Source: Flavobacteriales bacterium
GTDB taxonomy: Bacteria > Bacteroidota > Bacteroidia > Palsa-965
DNA length: 61,675 nt
NCBI GenBank assembly: GCA_040377305.1
Contig: JBEIPA010000030.1
Coordinates: forward strand, 1 to 61,675
Reading direction: 5' to 3'
A model generated the notes under the pieces. It was given only the letters and a program-made list of their open reading frames with translations, did no database searches and was not told the origin of the DNA. Within the stretch, counting starts at the first letter, position 1; each line of letters opens with the position of its first letter. A program made the position numbers and the translations under genes. Of this stretch, positions 40,755 through 50,799 are shown one piece after another.

Positions 40755-40790
40755 CGCCCCGACAGATGATTCGTCGGGGCGCTTTTGTTT
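40755..40790 (+). terminator. Intrinsic terminator
   Basis: CGCCCCGAC / GTCGGGGCG stem plus T-rich tail. Confidence 0.7.
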
Positions 40791-40847
40791 AGGTTGCAAA
40801 CTGGAATTGGGATGGAATGAAAGGATTGCATTTCTTTGCAACTACAA

Positions 40848-43778
40848 ATGGGTAAAGCCGCAATAACAAGGTTGTGTATCATATTCTTATCCGTGGCTAC
40901 ACTTATTGGTGTTGCACAGGAATGGCGTGCGAGACAACCTGTACATTATACGATCACCGACGACAACGGTCTTCCCTCCAATGAAGTGTACCAGGTTGTA
41001 CAGGATAATTTCGGTTATCTGTGGATAGGATGTGATGCCGGACTTTACCGTTACGACGGAACAGAATTCCGATACTACACATCATCGCGACAAAATAGTA
41101 GAAGTGTCTCCGGACTGCAGTTGGATGCTAACGGAACGATTTGGTGCAAAAACTTTACGGGACAAGTTTTTCGCGTGGAGAGTGATTCATTACGCGTTGT
41201 ATGTGATCTCACGGGAAGGGTCTCTTCTGTATTTCCATTTACATTGGACGATGCAGGAAATCTTTTTGTCGGAATGAAACGTTCCATCGTTCAATTCAAT
41301 CACGATGGGGATAGTATTGCTTCGATTGATGTGGCGCCAAACGATAGTACGAGCCTGCTACCGATTCAGGACATGATCTACTACAAGCAACGTTTATACT
41401 GTTTTCTGCCACGTGCAGGAATCTTCTGTGTAAATCCCGTTAGCAGCACTGTTCAAAAAGTTCTGACTGAAGTTGAACATTGGAACTCTGTAGCCATCGG
41501 TTTTTTTCTGAATAATGGCAAGCTGCATGGTTTACGTTCTGACAACAGTAAACGGCAATATAGTTTGAGTGTGCTTCATGGCGATTCAATGACTGTTTAT
41601 CATGAGTACTTACCTCACGAGGGTGGATTTCGCATCCATGCTGTTTGTTCCGACAGAGACGACCAGCTATGGTTATGTACTTCAGCGGGAGCTTTTCGTT
41701 TTGATGCAACTGTAGTTTCACTCAATACCGCTGATGCTATTTACAAAACGGAGAAGATCAGTTGGCTACTCCACGATAAGGAAAACCAGTATTGGTTTAC
41801 CACGCTCAACAGCGGATTGATTGCATCGCCATCTCTGGAGGTCTGTATGCTCGACCCGGAAAATTCGGCGCTCGGCGAAAAGCAGGTAACGGCTATTTCT
41901 TGCTTCGATCAAAACACACTGTTGGCAGGAACTTACGGTGGCCTTATGTATCACGTTGATCCAATCAATGATTCTGTAGCGGCTTTTATTGACGACGGTT
42001 TGAAGAAATATTATGCCGTGAAATCATTTACAGACGCAAGCAATTATTTTATTGTTGCGCACGGTGTTACGGAGTTTATCGACAGGAAAACTGAAGAGCG
42101 ACGGTTGATGCCAATCGCAAATGCGCGGGATGTTGCGATTGCCGGCGACACTGCATTCTTTATTTTGCCAGAAGCCTTCGCAGCAGTTTCACTTTCAGAC
42201 TTTGAAAAAAACAATGCGCAGACGGATATAGTCTTCATTCGAAAAACCGGAGGACGTGCAATAGAATTCAATCCTGCAGACGGTCTTCTTTATGTCGCAT
42301 TCAATGATGGAGTGTTCACGTATTCGGCGGGAAGATTGGAACCTGTAACGTTGAACGGTCATCCTGTTTTTGCCAATGCACTCTCGGCTGCAGGAGGAGT
42401 GACATGGGTGGCGTGTGTCAATGACGGGGTGGTGGGGTTTCAGAACGGAAATGTGGTTGCCCGGTATTCTGCGAAGGAAGGATTAAAAGAAAGCAATGTG
42501 CGCACACTGTTTGCAGTGAACGATACGGTTATCGCCTGTACCAATGAGCAACTGTATACTATTTGCACGAAAGCGAAACAAGTCAACTCGTACGATATTA
42601 CCGAAGGCATTAATCCGAAGGATGTTTCTGCTGTTACCATGTGCGGCGAACAAATCTGGTTGGCAACAAACAAAGGACTACTGCATTTTCCGTTCGATCT
42701 TCCAGGCGTTAATACGGTTCGACCCAATATTTCAATCACCGGCATTTCATTGGATGGAACAGCATTATCGGCTGACTCCAGCTGCAGTTTACCGTATGGA
42801 AATAGTAATCTCGTTATTCAATTCAGTTCTGTTGCGCTTCGTTCACGCGGGAAAGCAGTATTCCAATACAGGATGATCGGTCTTGATTCCAATTGGATTA
42901 CGAGCCCGTGGGTGAACAGGTCGGTGACCTATCCAAATCTTCCTCCCGGTGAATATCGCTTTGAAGTACGTGCGGTGAATGAGTCGGGATTCTCCAGCGA
43001 AAAACCGGCAAACTTCTCTTTCACTGTCGAGCAACCTGTGTGGCAGACCTGGTGGTTTTACGTGTTTGCTACAATTCTTCTTGTAGGCGCAGTGCTCGCC
43101 ATTACGACATTGAGAATTCGTAGTGTCGGACGCAGAGCCGAGATGAAAAATAAAATGGCGTTGTCACAACTCACCGCGCTTAAGGCACAGATGAATCCAC
43201 ACTTCATGTACAATGCGTTAAATTCTATTCAGGATTTGGTGTTGCAGCAAGACGTGAAGAATGCCACACTGTATCTCGGAAAGTTCAGCAGACTCATGCG
43301 CAAGGTGCTTGAAGCATCGGGCAAAGAAGAAATCACCTTGGGTGATGAGATAGAGTTGCTCGGATTGTATCTTGAGCTGGAGAAACTCCGGATGGGAGAT
43401 CAGTTCACGTACGCTATCACCCGTGGTCGCGACGTGGATGACAACATTCGAATACCTTCCATGATACTGCAACCGTTCGTGGAGAATGCCTTAAAACACG
43501 GACTCCTCCATCTCAAAGGAGATAAATTGCTGACGATTGATTTTTCGCTGGAGAATGATCTGATTTGCACTGTAACCGACAATGGAATCGGCCGTGAAAA
43601 GTCTGCTCTGATCAGGCGGCGTCAGGAACACCCGTCTTTCGCAACAGAAGCCACTGAAAAACGGATTGACCTGTTGAATGCGTTTCGCGATGGACACTAC
43701 AGCATAGCTTTCACAGATTTGAAAGATGGCGACGTTGCGAAAGGCACCCGGGTGACCATCAGAATTCCTTTAGGGTAG
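40848..43778 (+). CDS. LytS-type sensor histidine kinase with periplasmic beta-propeller and Y_Y_Y domain
   Basis: GLPSNEVY..QD..GYLWIG..GLYRYDG; YPNLPPGEYRFEVRA; ALKAQMNPHFMYNALNSI; QPFVENALKHG. Confidence 0.93.
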   Translation: MGKAAITRLCIIFLSVATLIGVAQEWRARQPVHYTITDDNGLPSNEVYQVVQDNFGYLWIGCDAGLYRYDGTEFRYYTSSRQNSRSVSGLQLDANGTIWCKNFTGQVFRVESDSLRVVCDLTGRVSSVFPFTLDDAGNLFVGMKRSIVQFNHDGDSIASIDVAPNDSTSLLPIQDMIYYKQRLYCFLPRAGIFCVNPVSSTVQKVLTEVEHWNSVAIGFFLNNGKLHGLRSDNSKRQYSLSVLHGDSMTVYHEYLPHEGGFRIHAVCSDRDDQLWLCTSAGAFRFDATVVSLNTADAIYKTEKISWLLHDKENQYWFTTLNSGLIASPSLEVCMLDPENSALGEKQVTAISCFDQNTLLAGTYGGLMYHVDPINDSVAAFIDDGLKKYYAVKSFTDASNYFIVAHGVTEFIDRKTEERRLMPIANARDVAIAGDTAFFILPEAFAAVSLSDFEKNNAQTDIVFIRKTGGRAIEFNPADGLLYVAFNDGVFTYSAGRLEPVTLNGHPVFANALSAAGGVTWVACVNDGVVGFQNGNVVARYSAKEGLKESNVRTLFAVNDTVIACTNEQLYTICTKAKQVNSYDITEGINPKDVSAVTMCGEQIWLATNKGLLHFPFDLPGVNTVRPNISITGISLDGTALSADSSCSLPYGNSNLVIQFSSVALRSRGKAVFQYRMIGLDSNWITSPWVNRSVTYPNLPPGEYRFEVRAVNESGFSSEKPANFSFTVEQPVWQTWWFYVFATILLVGAVLAITTLRIRSVGRRAEMKNKMALSQLTALKAQMNPHFMYNALNSIQDLVLQQDVKNATLYLGKFSRLMRKVLEASGKEEITLGDEIELLGLYLELEKLRMGDQFTYAITRGRDVDDNIRIPSMILQPFVENALKHGLLHLKGDKLLTIDFSLENDLICTVTDNGIGREKSALIRRRQEHPSFATEATEKRIDLLNAFRDGHYSIAFTDLKDGDVAKGTRVTIRIPLG

Positions 43779-43791
43779 AATACGGATGCGA

Positions 43792-43822
43792 TTCATGAAC
43801 TCAGATTGTCGTTTCGTGAATT
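43792..43822 (+). promoter_or_regulatory. LytTR-type direct repeat upstream of the response regulator
   Basis: TTCATGAA (43792) and TTCGTGAA (43813), 21-bp spacing. Confidence 0.6.
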
Positions 43823-43865
43823 GAGTGTAGTTCCAAACCACCACCCGTTCCCTACCTTTACAAAA

Positions 43866-44621
43866 ATGCTGACTGCAGTTATTGTCGATGATGAAGAACG
43901 TGCGCGAAACTCACTGAGTTCGTTGCTGGAACAGTTCTGTCCCGACGTTAATGTAGTTGCTCAGTGCGCGAATGTGCCGGACGCTGTCATTGCGATCAAC
44001 AAGCACAAACCACAAATTGTATTCCTCGATATTGAAATGCCGGAATACAATGGCTTTGAGCTGTTAGGCTTTTTCCGCGAAATAGATTTCGGAATCATTT
44101 TCGTGACGGCTTACAGTGAGTATGCCATCCGTGCCTTCGAAGTCTCAGCGGTCGATTACGTGCTCAAGCCAGTTGAAACGGAAGCCTTACAGCAAGCGGT
44201 GGCGAAGGCTCAGCAACGAACGGGACACATTGCAACACAGCAGCGCCTCGATCTTCTTCGTGAATCCTATCGCGCGGAAGAGATCCGGAAAATTGCACTT
44301 CCGATGAATGATGGTTTGCTCTTCGTTGAAGTTGCAGATATTATTTTGCTCGAAGCCGACGGAGCTTACACGAACGTCTTCATGAAGAACGGATCAAAAG
44401 TTCTCGTGAGCAAAAAGTTAAAGTTCTTCGAAGACGTCCTGGCTAATCGCCCAGCGTTTTTCAGACCGCATCGCTCACATCTGATCAACATCAACTACCT
44501 GAAAAAGTATTTGCGCGGGGAAAGTTCCATTCAGATGGATAACAATACCACGGTTTCGCTTTCACGGGAACGCAAGCAGGATTTTGAAGCACTACTGAAA
44601 GATTTACGATTGTCCGTATAG
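43866..44621 (+). CDS. LytTR family response regulator
   Basis: IVDDE, FLDIEMP, FVTAY, DYVLKP, FFRPHRSHLIN; start MLTAV after TACCTTTA box. Confidence 0.95.
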   Translation: MLTAVIVDDEERARNSLSSLLEQFCPDVNVVAQCANVPDAVIAINKHKPQIVFLDIEMPEYNGFELLGFFREIDFGIIFVTAYSEYAIRAFEVSAVDYVLKPVETEALQQAVAKAQQRTGHIATQQRLDLLRESYRAEEIRKIALPMNDGLLFVEVADIILLEADGAYTNVFMKNGSKVLVSKKLKFFEDVLANRPAFFRPHRSHLININYLKKYLRGESSIQMDNNTTVSLSRERKQDFEALLKDLRLSV

Positions 44622-44703
44622 CATACTTCACAAATCATTACGCAGCCCCCTCACGTTGCTCGAAGCCGGATTCATTGCGAACCGGCTTCCTGTTTTTCCG
44701 TAG

Positions 44704-44734
44704 TTCGTGAAGTAAATCCAACGTTTCGTGAATT
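44704..44734 (+). promoter_or_regulatory. LytTR-type direct repeat upstream of the T9SS cargo gene
   Basis: TTCGTGAA at 44704 and 44725 (21 bp); CGTTTCGTGAATT shared with 43810-43822. Confidence 0.65.
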
Positions 44735-44789
44735 CTGAATGGCTTCTGACTTATCGAAGAATGATTTTTGTTTCCATAAATACTTCATC

Positions 44790-47156
44790 ATGAAAAGATC
44801 TATACTATTTCTGGTAGCAGTGTGTGCAGCCGTTTCAACATTCGCTCAGCAGAATTATTTGTGGGCGCAGAAAGTAGGAGGATCGGGCACAGAAATCGGT
44901 TACGGTATTACCACTGACGCCGCGGGAAATGTGTACACTGTCGGAACATTCATGGGCACCTGCGATTTTGATCCGGGTCCTGCAACGGAAAACTACACTT
45001 CGCTGGGTGCGGAAGATATTTTCGTCACCAAGTACGATGCAAATGGATTGTACCAATGGACTTTTAAGATTGGTGGCTCGGCAGGAGAAATAATTAATAC
45101 GATCCGTGTGAACGCGTCCGGTGACATTTTCATCGCAGGTGGTTTTCGTGGCACGGTCGACTTCAACCCAAGTGCAACAACCAACAATCTTGTTTCCACT
45201 GGAGGCATTGATATGTTCATTGCCAAATACAGTTCGACAGGAACTTACCAGTGGGCGAAGGCGATTAGTGGATCGCTGGATAACTACGCTTTGTCATTTG
45301 ACATAGACGCGGCAAGTAATATGTATGTAACGGGGCAGTTTCGCGGCACTGTTGATTTTGACCCGGGTTCCGGTGCACTGAATCTTATTGCAGTCGGTGG
45401 AAATCCGGATATGTTTGTGGCGAAGTACACATCAGCGGGAAATGCACTTTGGGCTTTTCAAGTAGGCAGTAGCGATTATGATTCAGGAAATTTTCTCCGC
45501 TGCACACCATCCGGTATGTTCTACGTCACCGGTTATGTCAATCAGGTTGTTGATTTTGATCCGCTCGCAGGTCCCGCAAGTTATACCTGCATTGGAGGTA
45601 CAGATGCGTACATCGCAAAGTACACCACCAATGGAAATCTGATGTGGATGAAGGCCATTGCAGGAACAGCGGATCAGTTCGGACGAAGTATTGATCTCGA
45701 TGCACAATCGAATCCCGTGGTGAGCGGCAATTTCAGAATGACTACTGATTTTGATCCGGGCGCTGGCGTGGTTAACCGTACGGCTACGGCTTCTACCGAC
45801 GGCTTCATTCTTCGTTTAGATTCAAACGGAACATTTCAGCACGTAATACACATTGCGGGTAATGGCGATGAAGATGTAACATCAATTTCTGTAGACGATG
45901 CAACCGGCACCGTACATGCAACAGGATCATTTGTGAACACAGCAGATTTTGATCCAGGCGCCGGCACATTGAACCTGATCAGTACATCCGTTACTTACGA
46001 CGCATTCAAAGCTTCGTATGATAACGCAGGCAACGTGCTTCAGGCATTTAAGATCGGCAGTGGTGGTCAGGACTACGGAAGAAATATTGTTGTGAATGCA
46101 CAAGGTGATTGTTTCATCACAGGCAATTTCAATGGCACGGCCGACTTCGATCCATCAGGTGCTTCGGCGAATCTCACAAGTTCGCAGGACGATGCATTCA
46201 TCGCGAAGTACGGTATATGCACGGCTCCGTCTGTGCCTTCACTCACTGCTGTAAGTTCAGCGATTTGTGCCGGAAGTTCAACGAACATTACTGCATCCGG
46301 ACAATTAAACAGTGCTGCCATTTGGGAGTGGCATACGGATAGTTGTGGTGGTGCGTCGGTTGGCAGCGGAACCACAATTACGGTTTCACCAACGACTACC
46401 ACAACATACTACGTGCGCGGTGAAGGAGGCTGTATCGGTAACAGTGGCTCCTGCGGAATGATTACAATTACCGTGAATCCGGTTCCGGTGGTAAGCATTA
46501 CAGGCAACCTGAATCTCTGTCCGGATGAAACAACCACGTTGAGTGCAAACGGAGCAATGACCTACAGCTGGTCGACAGGTTCCACCGCCACAAACGTTGT
46601 GCTGGGTACAGCTGATGCCGGTTCGATAATCGTTACCGGGACTGATACTTCAGGTTGTGTTTCGGGTGATACAGTTGTTTTGACTGCAACACTCATCGAC
46701 ACATCGGTTACACTCAATTTCGCAACACTCACTGCAACACAGAGCGGGGCAACTTATCAATGGGTCGATTGTGCAAATGGTTACGCACCTGTTGCGGGAG
46801 AAACAGCACAATCATTCACTCCAGCTGTAAACGGAATGTACGCATGCATTCTGAATCTTTCAGGATGTCCTGACACCAGCATGTGTTACGCCATGCTTTC
46901 TACTGAAGTGAGTAGCAGCAATCAGCAAACAAGCATTTCGCTCATGCCGAATCCTGCATCCACGTCACTGGTGATTTCAGATTTACATGGTCAAAACACC
47001 ATTGCAATTCTGAGCAGCGACGGAAAAAAAGTGCTTGAACAATACATTGCGTCTGCTTCATGTTCTGTCGACGTAAGCGGATTACCAGCAGGAATGTATG
47101 TTGTACTCGTACAAGAAAATACGGAAACTACATCGCTGCGATTCATAAAGGAATAA
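44790..47156 (+). CDS. SBBP-like beta-propeller repeat protein with Ig-like domains and T9SS C-terminal domain
   Basis: About 7 repeats of D..GN.Y.TG.F.GT.DFDPG...D.F.AKY; LMPNPA...GMYVV...RFIKE. Confidence 0.88.
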   Translation: MKRSILFLVAVCAAVSTFAQQNYLWAQKVGGSGTEIGYGITTDAAGNVYTVGTFMGTCDFDPGPATENYTSLGAEDIFVTKYDANGLYQWTFKIGGSAGEIINTIRVNASGDIFIAGGFRGTVDFNPSATTNNLVSTGGIDMFIAKYSSTGTYQWAKAISGSLDNYALSFDIDAASNMYVTGQFRGTVDFDPGSGALNLIAVGGNPDMFVAKYTSAGNALWAFQVGSSDYDSGNFLRCTPSGMFYVTGYVNQVVDFDPLAGPASYTCIGGTDAYIAKYTTNGNLMWMKAIAGTADQFGRSIDLDAQSNPVVSGNFRMTTDFDPGAGVVNRTATASTDGFILRLDSNGTFQHVIHIAGNGDEDVTSISVDDATGTVHATGSFVNTADFDPGAGTLNLISTSVTYDAFKASYDNAGNVLQAFKIGSGGQDYGRNIVVNAQGDCFITGNFNGTADFDPSGASANLTSSQDDAFIAKYGICTAPSVPSLTAVSSAICAGSSTNITASGQLNSAAIWEWHTDSCGGASVGSGTTITVSPTTTTTYYVRGEGGCIGNSGSCGMITITVNPVPVVSITGNLNLCPDETTTLSANGAMTYSWSTGSTATNVVLGTADAGSIIVTGTDTSGCVSGDTVVLTATLIDTSVTLNFATLTATQSGATYQWVDCANGYAPVAGETAQSFTPAVNGMYACILNLSGCPDTSMCYAMLSTEVSSSNQQTSISLMPNPASTSLVISDLHGQNTIAILSSDGKKVLEQYIASASCSVDVSGLPAGMYVVLVQENTETTSLRFIKE

Positions 47157-47175
47157 TTCTTCATTCATCGCGATT

Positions 47176-47214
47176 GAAAATCCTGCGGCAGTGATGCTGC
47201 AGGATTTTCTTTTT
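47176..47214 (+). terminator. Intrinsic terminator
   Basis: GAAAATCCTGCGGCA-GTGA-TGCTGCAGGATTTTC plus T4. Confidence 0.8.
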
Positions 47215-47373
47215 GAAATATCAATGCGGCTAAACTGTTTAGCCCGCAATCCGGATGTTCCGCTATTTCCCCATTACGTGCATGCATCGCGTCAACGTTG
47301 CTCAACTTCTGCATAATCTTCCTGTAAGCAATTCGCCTGAAGTGAATGGCAGAATATTTGAATTGAAGAGTAC

Positions 47374-47673
47374 GTGAAAAAATATTACTTCCTTCAACAT
47401 TTCATCGCCATCTTGTTTCTTTTTGCAGTAGCAGGTGCGCTCTCCTCGTGTACGGCAACATTCGGTGGTGCGCTCTTCGTGTTTGGATTTACTGACATTC
47501 TGCTTTACGCCATTCTCGCAATCGCACTTGCAGCGATCATTTCGTTTACCGCGCGCAGAGATCGTCGACGTTCAGCATTCTGGATCGGCTTGGTTCTTTC
47601 CCTATTACTCTCTCCACTCGCCGGAATTATCTATCTGGTGATTGTGTTTTCGCGACGAAGGAATAGGGAGTAG
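47374..47673 (+). CDS. Small membrane protein
   Basis: 99 aa, three hydrophobic segments, LSLLLSPLAGI, Arg-rich loops. Confidence 0.6.
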   Translation: MKKYYFLQHFIAILFLFAVAGALSSCTATFGGALFVFGFTDILLYAILAIALAAIISFTARRDRRRSAFWIGLVLSLLLSPLAGIIYLVIVFSRRRNRE

Positions 47674-48246
47674 GGCAGGATGTAAAGAAGATGCGGACTT
47701 GATCATTTGTGCTTCTTGAAATATCAAATCGGAACTGCTAAATCTCAAATGATAAGGAGCGCAACACTTGCTTTTCAAATTCACTTCGCTCCCGTGTTCG
47801 CTATCCGCCGCGGCGGAAGCGTCTCACCCGGGGCTAGGAATTTACTTTTGTATTTCAGATAATCGGGCACCTGCTCAAGGTAGAATTGTAAAAGCTGACT
47901 GTGTGAAGAAAGCAGGAGCAACTGGTCTTTTTGGGACAGGTAAAGCGGAAAAGATGTTCTCATTTTAAGAACTCCTTTTTTACTGATGCTCGTTCGGGTT
48001 ACGAAAACTTAATTGACATATACAAAACCAGGTAACGCGTGCGTCAGCCATTATTCTGACCAACACGGGAGCTATTCAAACGTGATTACACGGTGATGAG
48101 CGACTTGGATGTGTGCATTGAAACATTCTTTGAAAATTGATAATTCTGCTCAAAATGCATGATATAAATAATACTTAACAGTATTGCTATCGAAATTTTC
48201 GATAATATTGTCATTCACTCATTACTCAAACAAAATCCGCTAACCC

Positions 48247-48648
48247 ATGTCCAAAAAACACAAGCCCCTCGAGGAACATCCATCGTTTCCGGTTACTCTG
48301 CAATCAGCAATAGACAGTACTACCAACTGGCGTCAATGGATGAGCGATAATTCAGTGCCTGAAGAAATAAGAGTAAATGCTTTTTTTATCCCGGTCGGAG
48401 ATATTCTTGCACTGGCTCAACGTGATGATATTATTGGTGTAAGAGCTTATCTGGGACTCCCAGGCGAAGAAGCTGATATTTCAACACTGAAAATTCTGTT
48501 AGTACCAGTTGGGCCAAGTCCCACCCCTATTGATCCGGACAAAGGAGAGGATATTATCGAAGAGATTACCGGGACAGATCTTGTGACTATTTACGACTTT
48601 ACCAGTCCATGTCCGAATTTCTGCGCGGTCCATTCTCCGCTCATGTAA
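48247..48648 (+). CDS. Hypothetical protein with C-terminal DFTSPCPNFC motif, first gene of signalling cassette
   Basis: 133 aa, GVRAYLG, LLVPV, IYDFTSPCPNFC; no signal peptide. Confidence 0.8.
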   Translation: MSKKHKPLEEHPSFPVTLQSAIDSTTNWRQWMSDNSVPEEIRVNAFFIPVGDILALAQRDDIIGVRAYLGLPGEEADISTLKILLVPVGPSPTPIDPDKGEDIIEEITGTDLVTIYDFTSPCPNFCAVHSPLM

Positions 48649-48680
48649 ACCACCTGCAGTTTTCATCTCTTCCGTAGTCG

Positions 48681-49319
48681 ATGACCCAACTATTTGTTCA
48701 GTTCATCACACCGCTCTCAGTATTGCTGCCGATACTGATGGGTTTATATTATTACCGGTCCTTTCCGGAAGGACTTCGGATCATAGTATACTACCTCATA
48801 CTTTCATTTATTTTTAACGCAACTGCTGTTATACTTTCAAGGAGTCATCTGAATAATATGCCCTTGCTTCATGTGTTCACTGTAGTTGAGTTTGCGTGCT
48901 GTATATTGTTTTTTAAGCACGCGTTGGCTGATACCGGGTTCCCGAAATTCGCTTACATCTTGATCGGTGCTTTTACGGTTCTGAGCATATTAAATTCCTG
49001 TTTTCTGCAACCCATCAACTCTTTCAACAGCTACTCCCGATCTTTGGAAGCATTCCTGCTGATCATCCTTAGCCTGGTATTCCTTTACAAATCGTTAGGT
49101 GCGAAGATAGAAATAGCTGAAAAGAGCTTTGCCTTTTTGTGGATCTGCCTTGGATTCTTTTTCTATTTTTCCGGGTCGCTTTTCCTTTTTCTCTTTCCTG
49201 AATTCTCTCATGCAGAACCATGGGTTTACTATTTGGGCTGGATCGTTCACGCTTCACTGGTATTCCTGATGTACATTATCATCTCAATTGCCTTTTATCT
49301 ATCGCCTAAACCTGCATGA
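48681..49319 (+). CDS. About 7-TM membrane protein, probable split sensor domain
   Basis: Highly hydrophobic 212 aa; stop overlaps the kinase start (ATGA). Confidence 0.8.
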   Translation: MTQLFVQFITPLSVLLPILMGLYYYRSFPEGLRIIVYYLILSFIFNATAVILSRSHLNNMPLLHVFTVVEFACCILFFKHALADTGFPKFAYILIGAFTVLSILNSCFLQPINSFNSYSRSLEAFLLIILSLVFLYKSLGAKIEIAEKSFAFLWICLGFFFYFSGSLFLFLFPEFSHAEPWVYYLGWIVHASLVFLMYIIISIAFYLSPKPA

Positions 49320-50080
49320 ACAGTTATGAACTACTAGTAGCGGGTATGGTATTTTCATTGCTGATTGCATTTGCGGTCGTACTCTTTTATTTCCGTTACC
49401 GTCGTCACCTCACACAGCAACAACTTGAAATAAGTCGTGCCGAAATAATTCACCAGAAGGAACTGTTGCAGGCGGTGATACAATCGCAGGAAGAAGAAAG
49501 AAAACGTATCGGCATGAACCTGCACGACGAAGTGGGTTCTGCACTTTCTGCACTGCGTATGCTCACCGAACGTGATGATGTTATTTCCGGAGACAACCGC
49601 AACTGGGTGCCACAATGCAAAACAATCATTGACCGCGTAATCACCGACGTACGGAATATTTCACACGACCTTTCTCCGCTCCGCAGCGGTACGTATGATT
49701 TTATAGATGCATTGGATGATCTTTGCGAAGCGATCAATCTATCCGGTAAACTGCGCATCAATCTGAATGTAGCACAACACGATGAACTGAAAAAGATAAG
49801 CGACAGCAACGGCCTTGCATTATACAGGGTGCTCTCAGAACTCATCAGTAATACGATCAAACATTCCGGTGCTTCGTCTATCAGTATTGAGTTTTCACAG
49901 GAGCCCGGACACGTGAACATCGAATACAGGGATAATGGCACCGGACTTCTTAATATTCACGGACAAAAGAAAGGAATTGGATTCCGTAATATAGAAAGCA
50001 GGCTCAATGTTATCGGTGCCGTATTCACAATTGATGAAACGCCGGGCGGATTCGGAATGAAAATAAAAACAGCGATCTAG
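49316..50080 (+). CDS. Histidine kinase (HisKA_3) with single N-terminal TM and no sensor domain
   Basis: EEERKRIGMNLHDEVG, ELISNTIKHS, DNGTG, GIGFRNI. Confidence 0.93.
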   Translation: MNSYELLVAGMVFSLLIAFAVVLFYFRYRRHLTQQQLEISRAEIIHQKELLQAVIQSQEEERKRIGMNLHDEVGSALSALRMLTERDDVISGDNRNWVPQCKTIIDRVITDVRNISHDLSPLRSGTYDFIDALDDLCEAINLSGKLRINLNVAQHDELKKISDSNGLALYRVLSELISNTIKHSGASSISIEFSQEPGHVNIEYRDNGTGLLNIHGQKKGIGFRNIESRLNVIGAVFTIDETPGGFGMKIKTAI

Positions 50081-50089
50081 AAAACAGTC

Positions 50090-50755
50090 ATGGAAACTAT
50101 ACGTATCGGCATCGTTGATGATCAGAAACTGTTCCGCGAGGGGTTGGCCACGCTCATCTGCAGTGTACCGGAATTTGAACTGGTGATGGAAGCAGAAAAC
50201 GGACTGGACTGTCTCCGTGCTCTTGCCACAACTGACCCGTTGCCCCATGTTATTCTCATGGACATCGAAATGCCGGGCATGGATGGAACCGAACTGAATA
50301 TAAAAATTCACGAAGATTTTCCCGGCATCAATGTACTGGTAGTGTCGGTGCACAACCGCGAAAAGCTGATATCGAAAATGATAAGCGCGGGGGCCAGCGG
50401 ATACCTATCAAAAAATTGCAATAAAGAAGAACTGATTACCGCAATTCATGTTGTACACAAAAATGATTTCTACGTCAACAGCGCACTGCTGAAGTCTATT
50501 CAAGCCGGGTCCACCTCGAGAACCACTTCCGCAACCGGAAATTTCCATGAACCCGACCTTACTGTTCGGGAAAAAGAAATTCTCATCCTGATCTGTAAGG
50601 AATTCAACAATGCCGAAATAGCAGAACGTCTTTTCATTAGTATACGTACCGCGGAAGGTCACCGCAACAATCTCCTCGCCAAAACAGGTTGCCGCAATAC
50701 AGCAGGTCTTGTTCTGTATGCCGTAAAACATGGTTATTACGAGCTGCATTTTTAA
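50090..50755 (+). CDS. NarL/LuxR family response regulator
   Basis: IVDDQ, MDIEMP, LTVREKEIL...SIRTAEGHRNNLLAK. Confidence 0.95.
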   Translation: METIRIGIVDDQKLFREGLATLICSVPEFELVMEAENGLDCLRALATTDPLPHVILMDIEMPGMDGTELNIKIHEDFPGINVLVVSVHNREKLISKMISAGASGYLSKNCNKEELITAIHVVHKNDFYVNSALLKSIQAGSTSRTTSATGNFHEPDLTVREKEILILICKEFNNAEIAERLFISIRTAEGHRNNLLAKTGCRNTAGLVLYAVKHGYYELHF

Positions 50756-50799
50756 CCCGTTCCCCTTTTATTGGAATTTGCCGCCCTACCAGCGGGTAC

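Noticed and set aside
47226-47247. GCGGCTAAAC/GTTTAGCCCGC hairpin as an integron attC site
   Set aside because: Too short, lacks the attC box structure, and no integrase is present
47768-47968. 60-66 aa ORFs on both strands in the gap before the signalling cassette
   Set aside because: No motifs or supporting signals strong enough to call a gene
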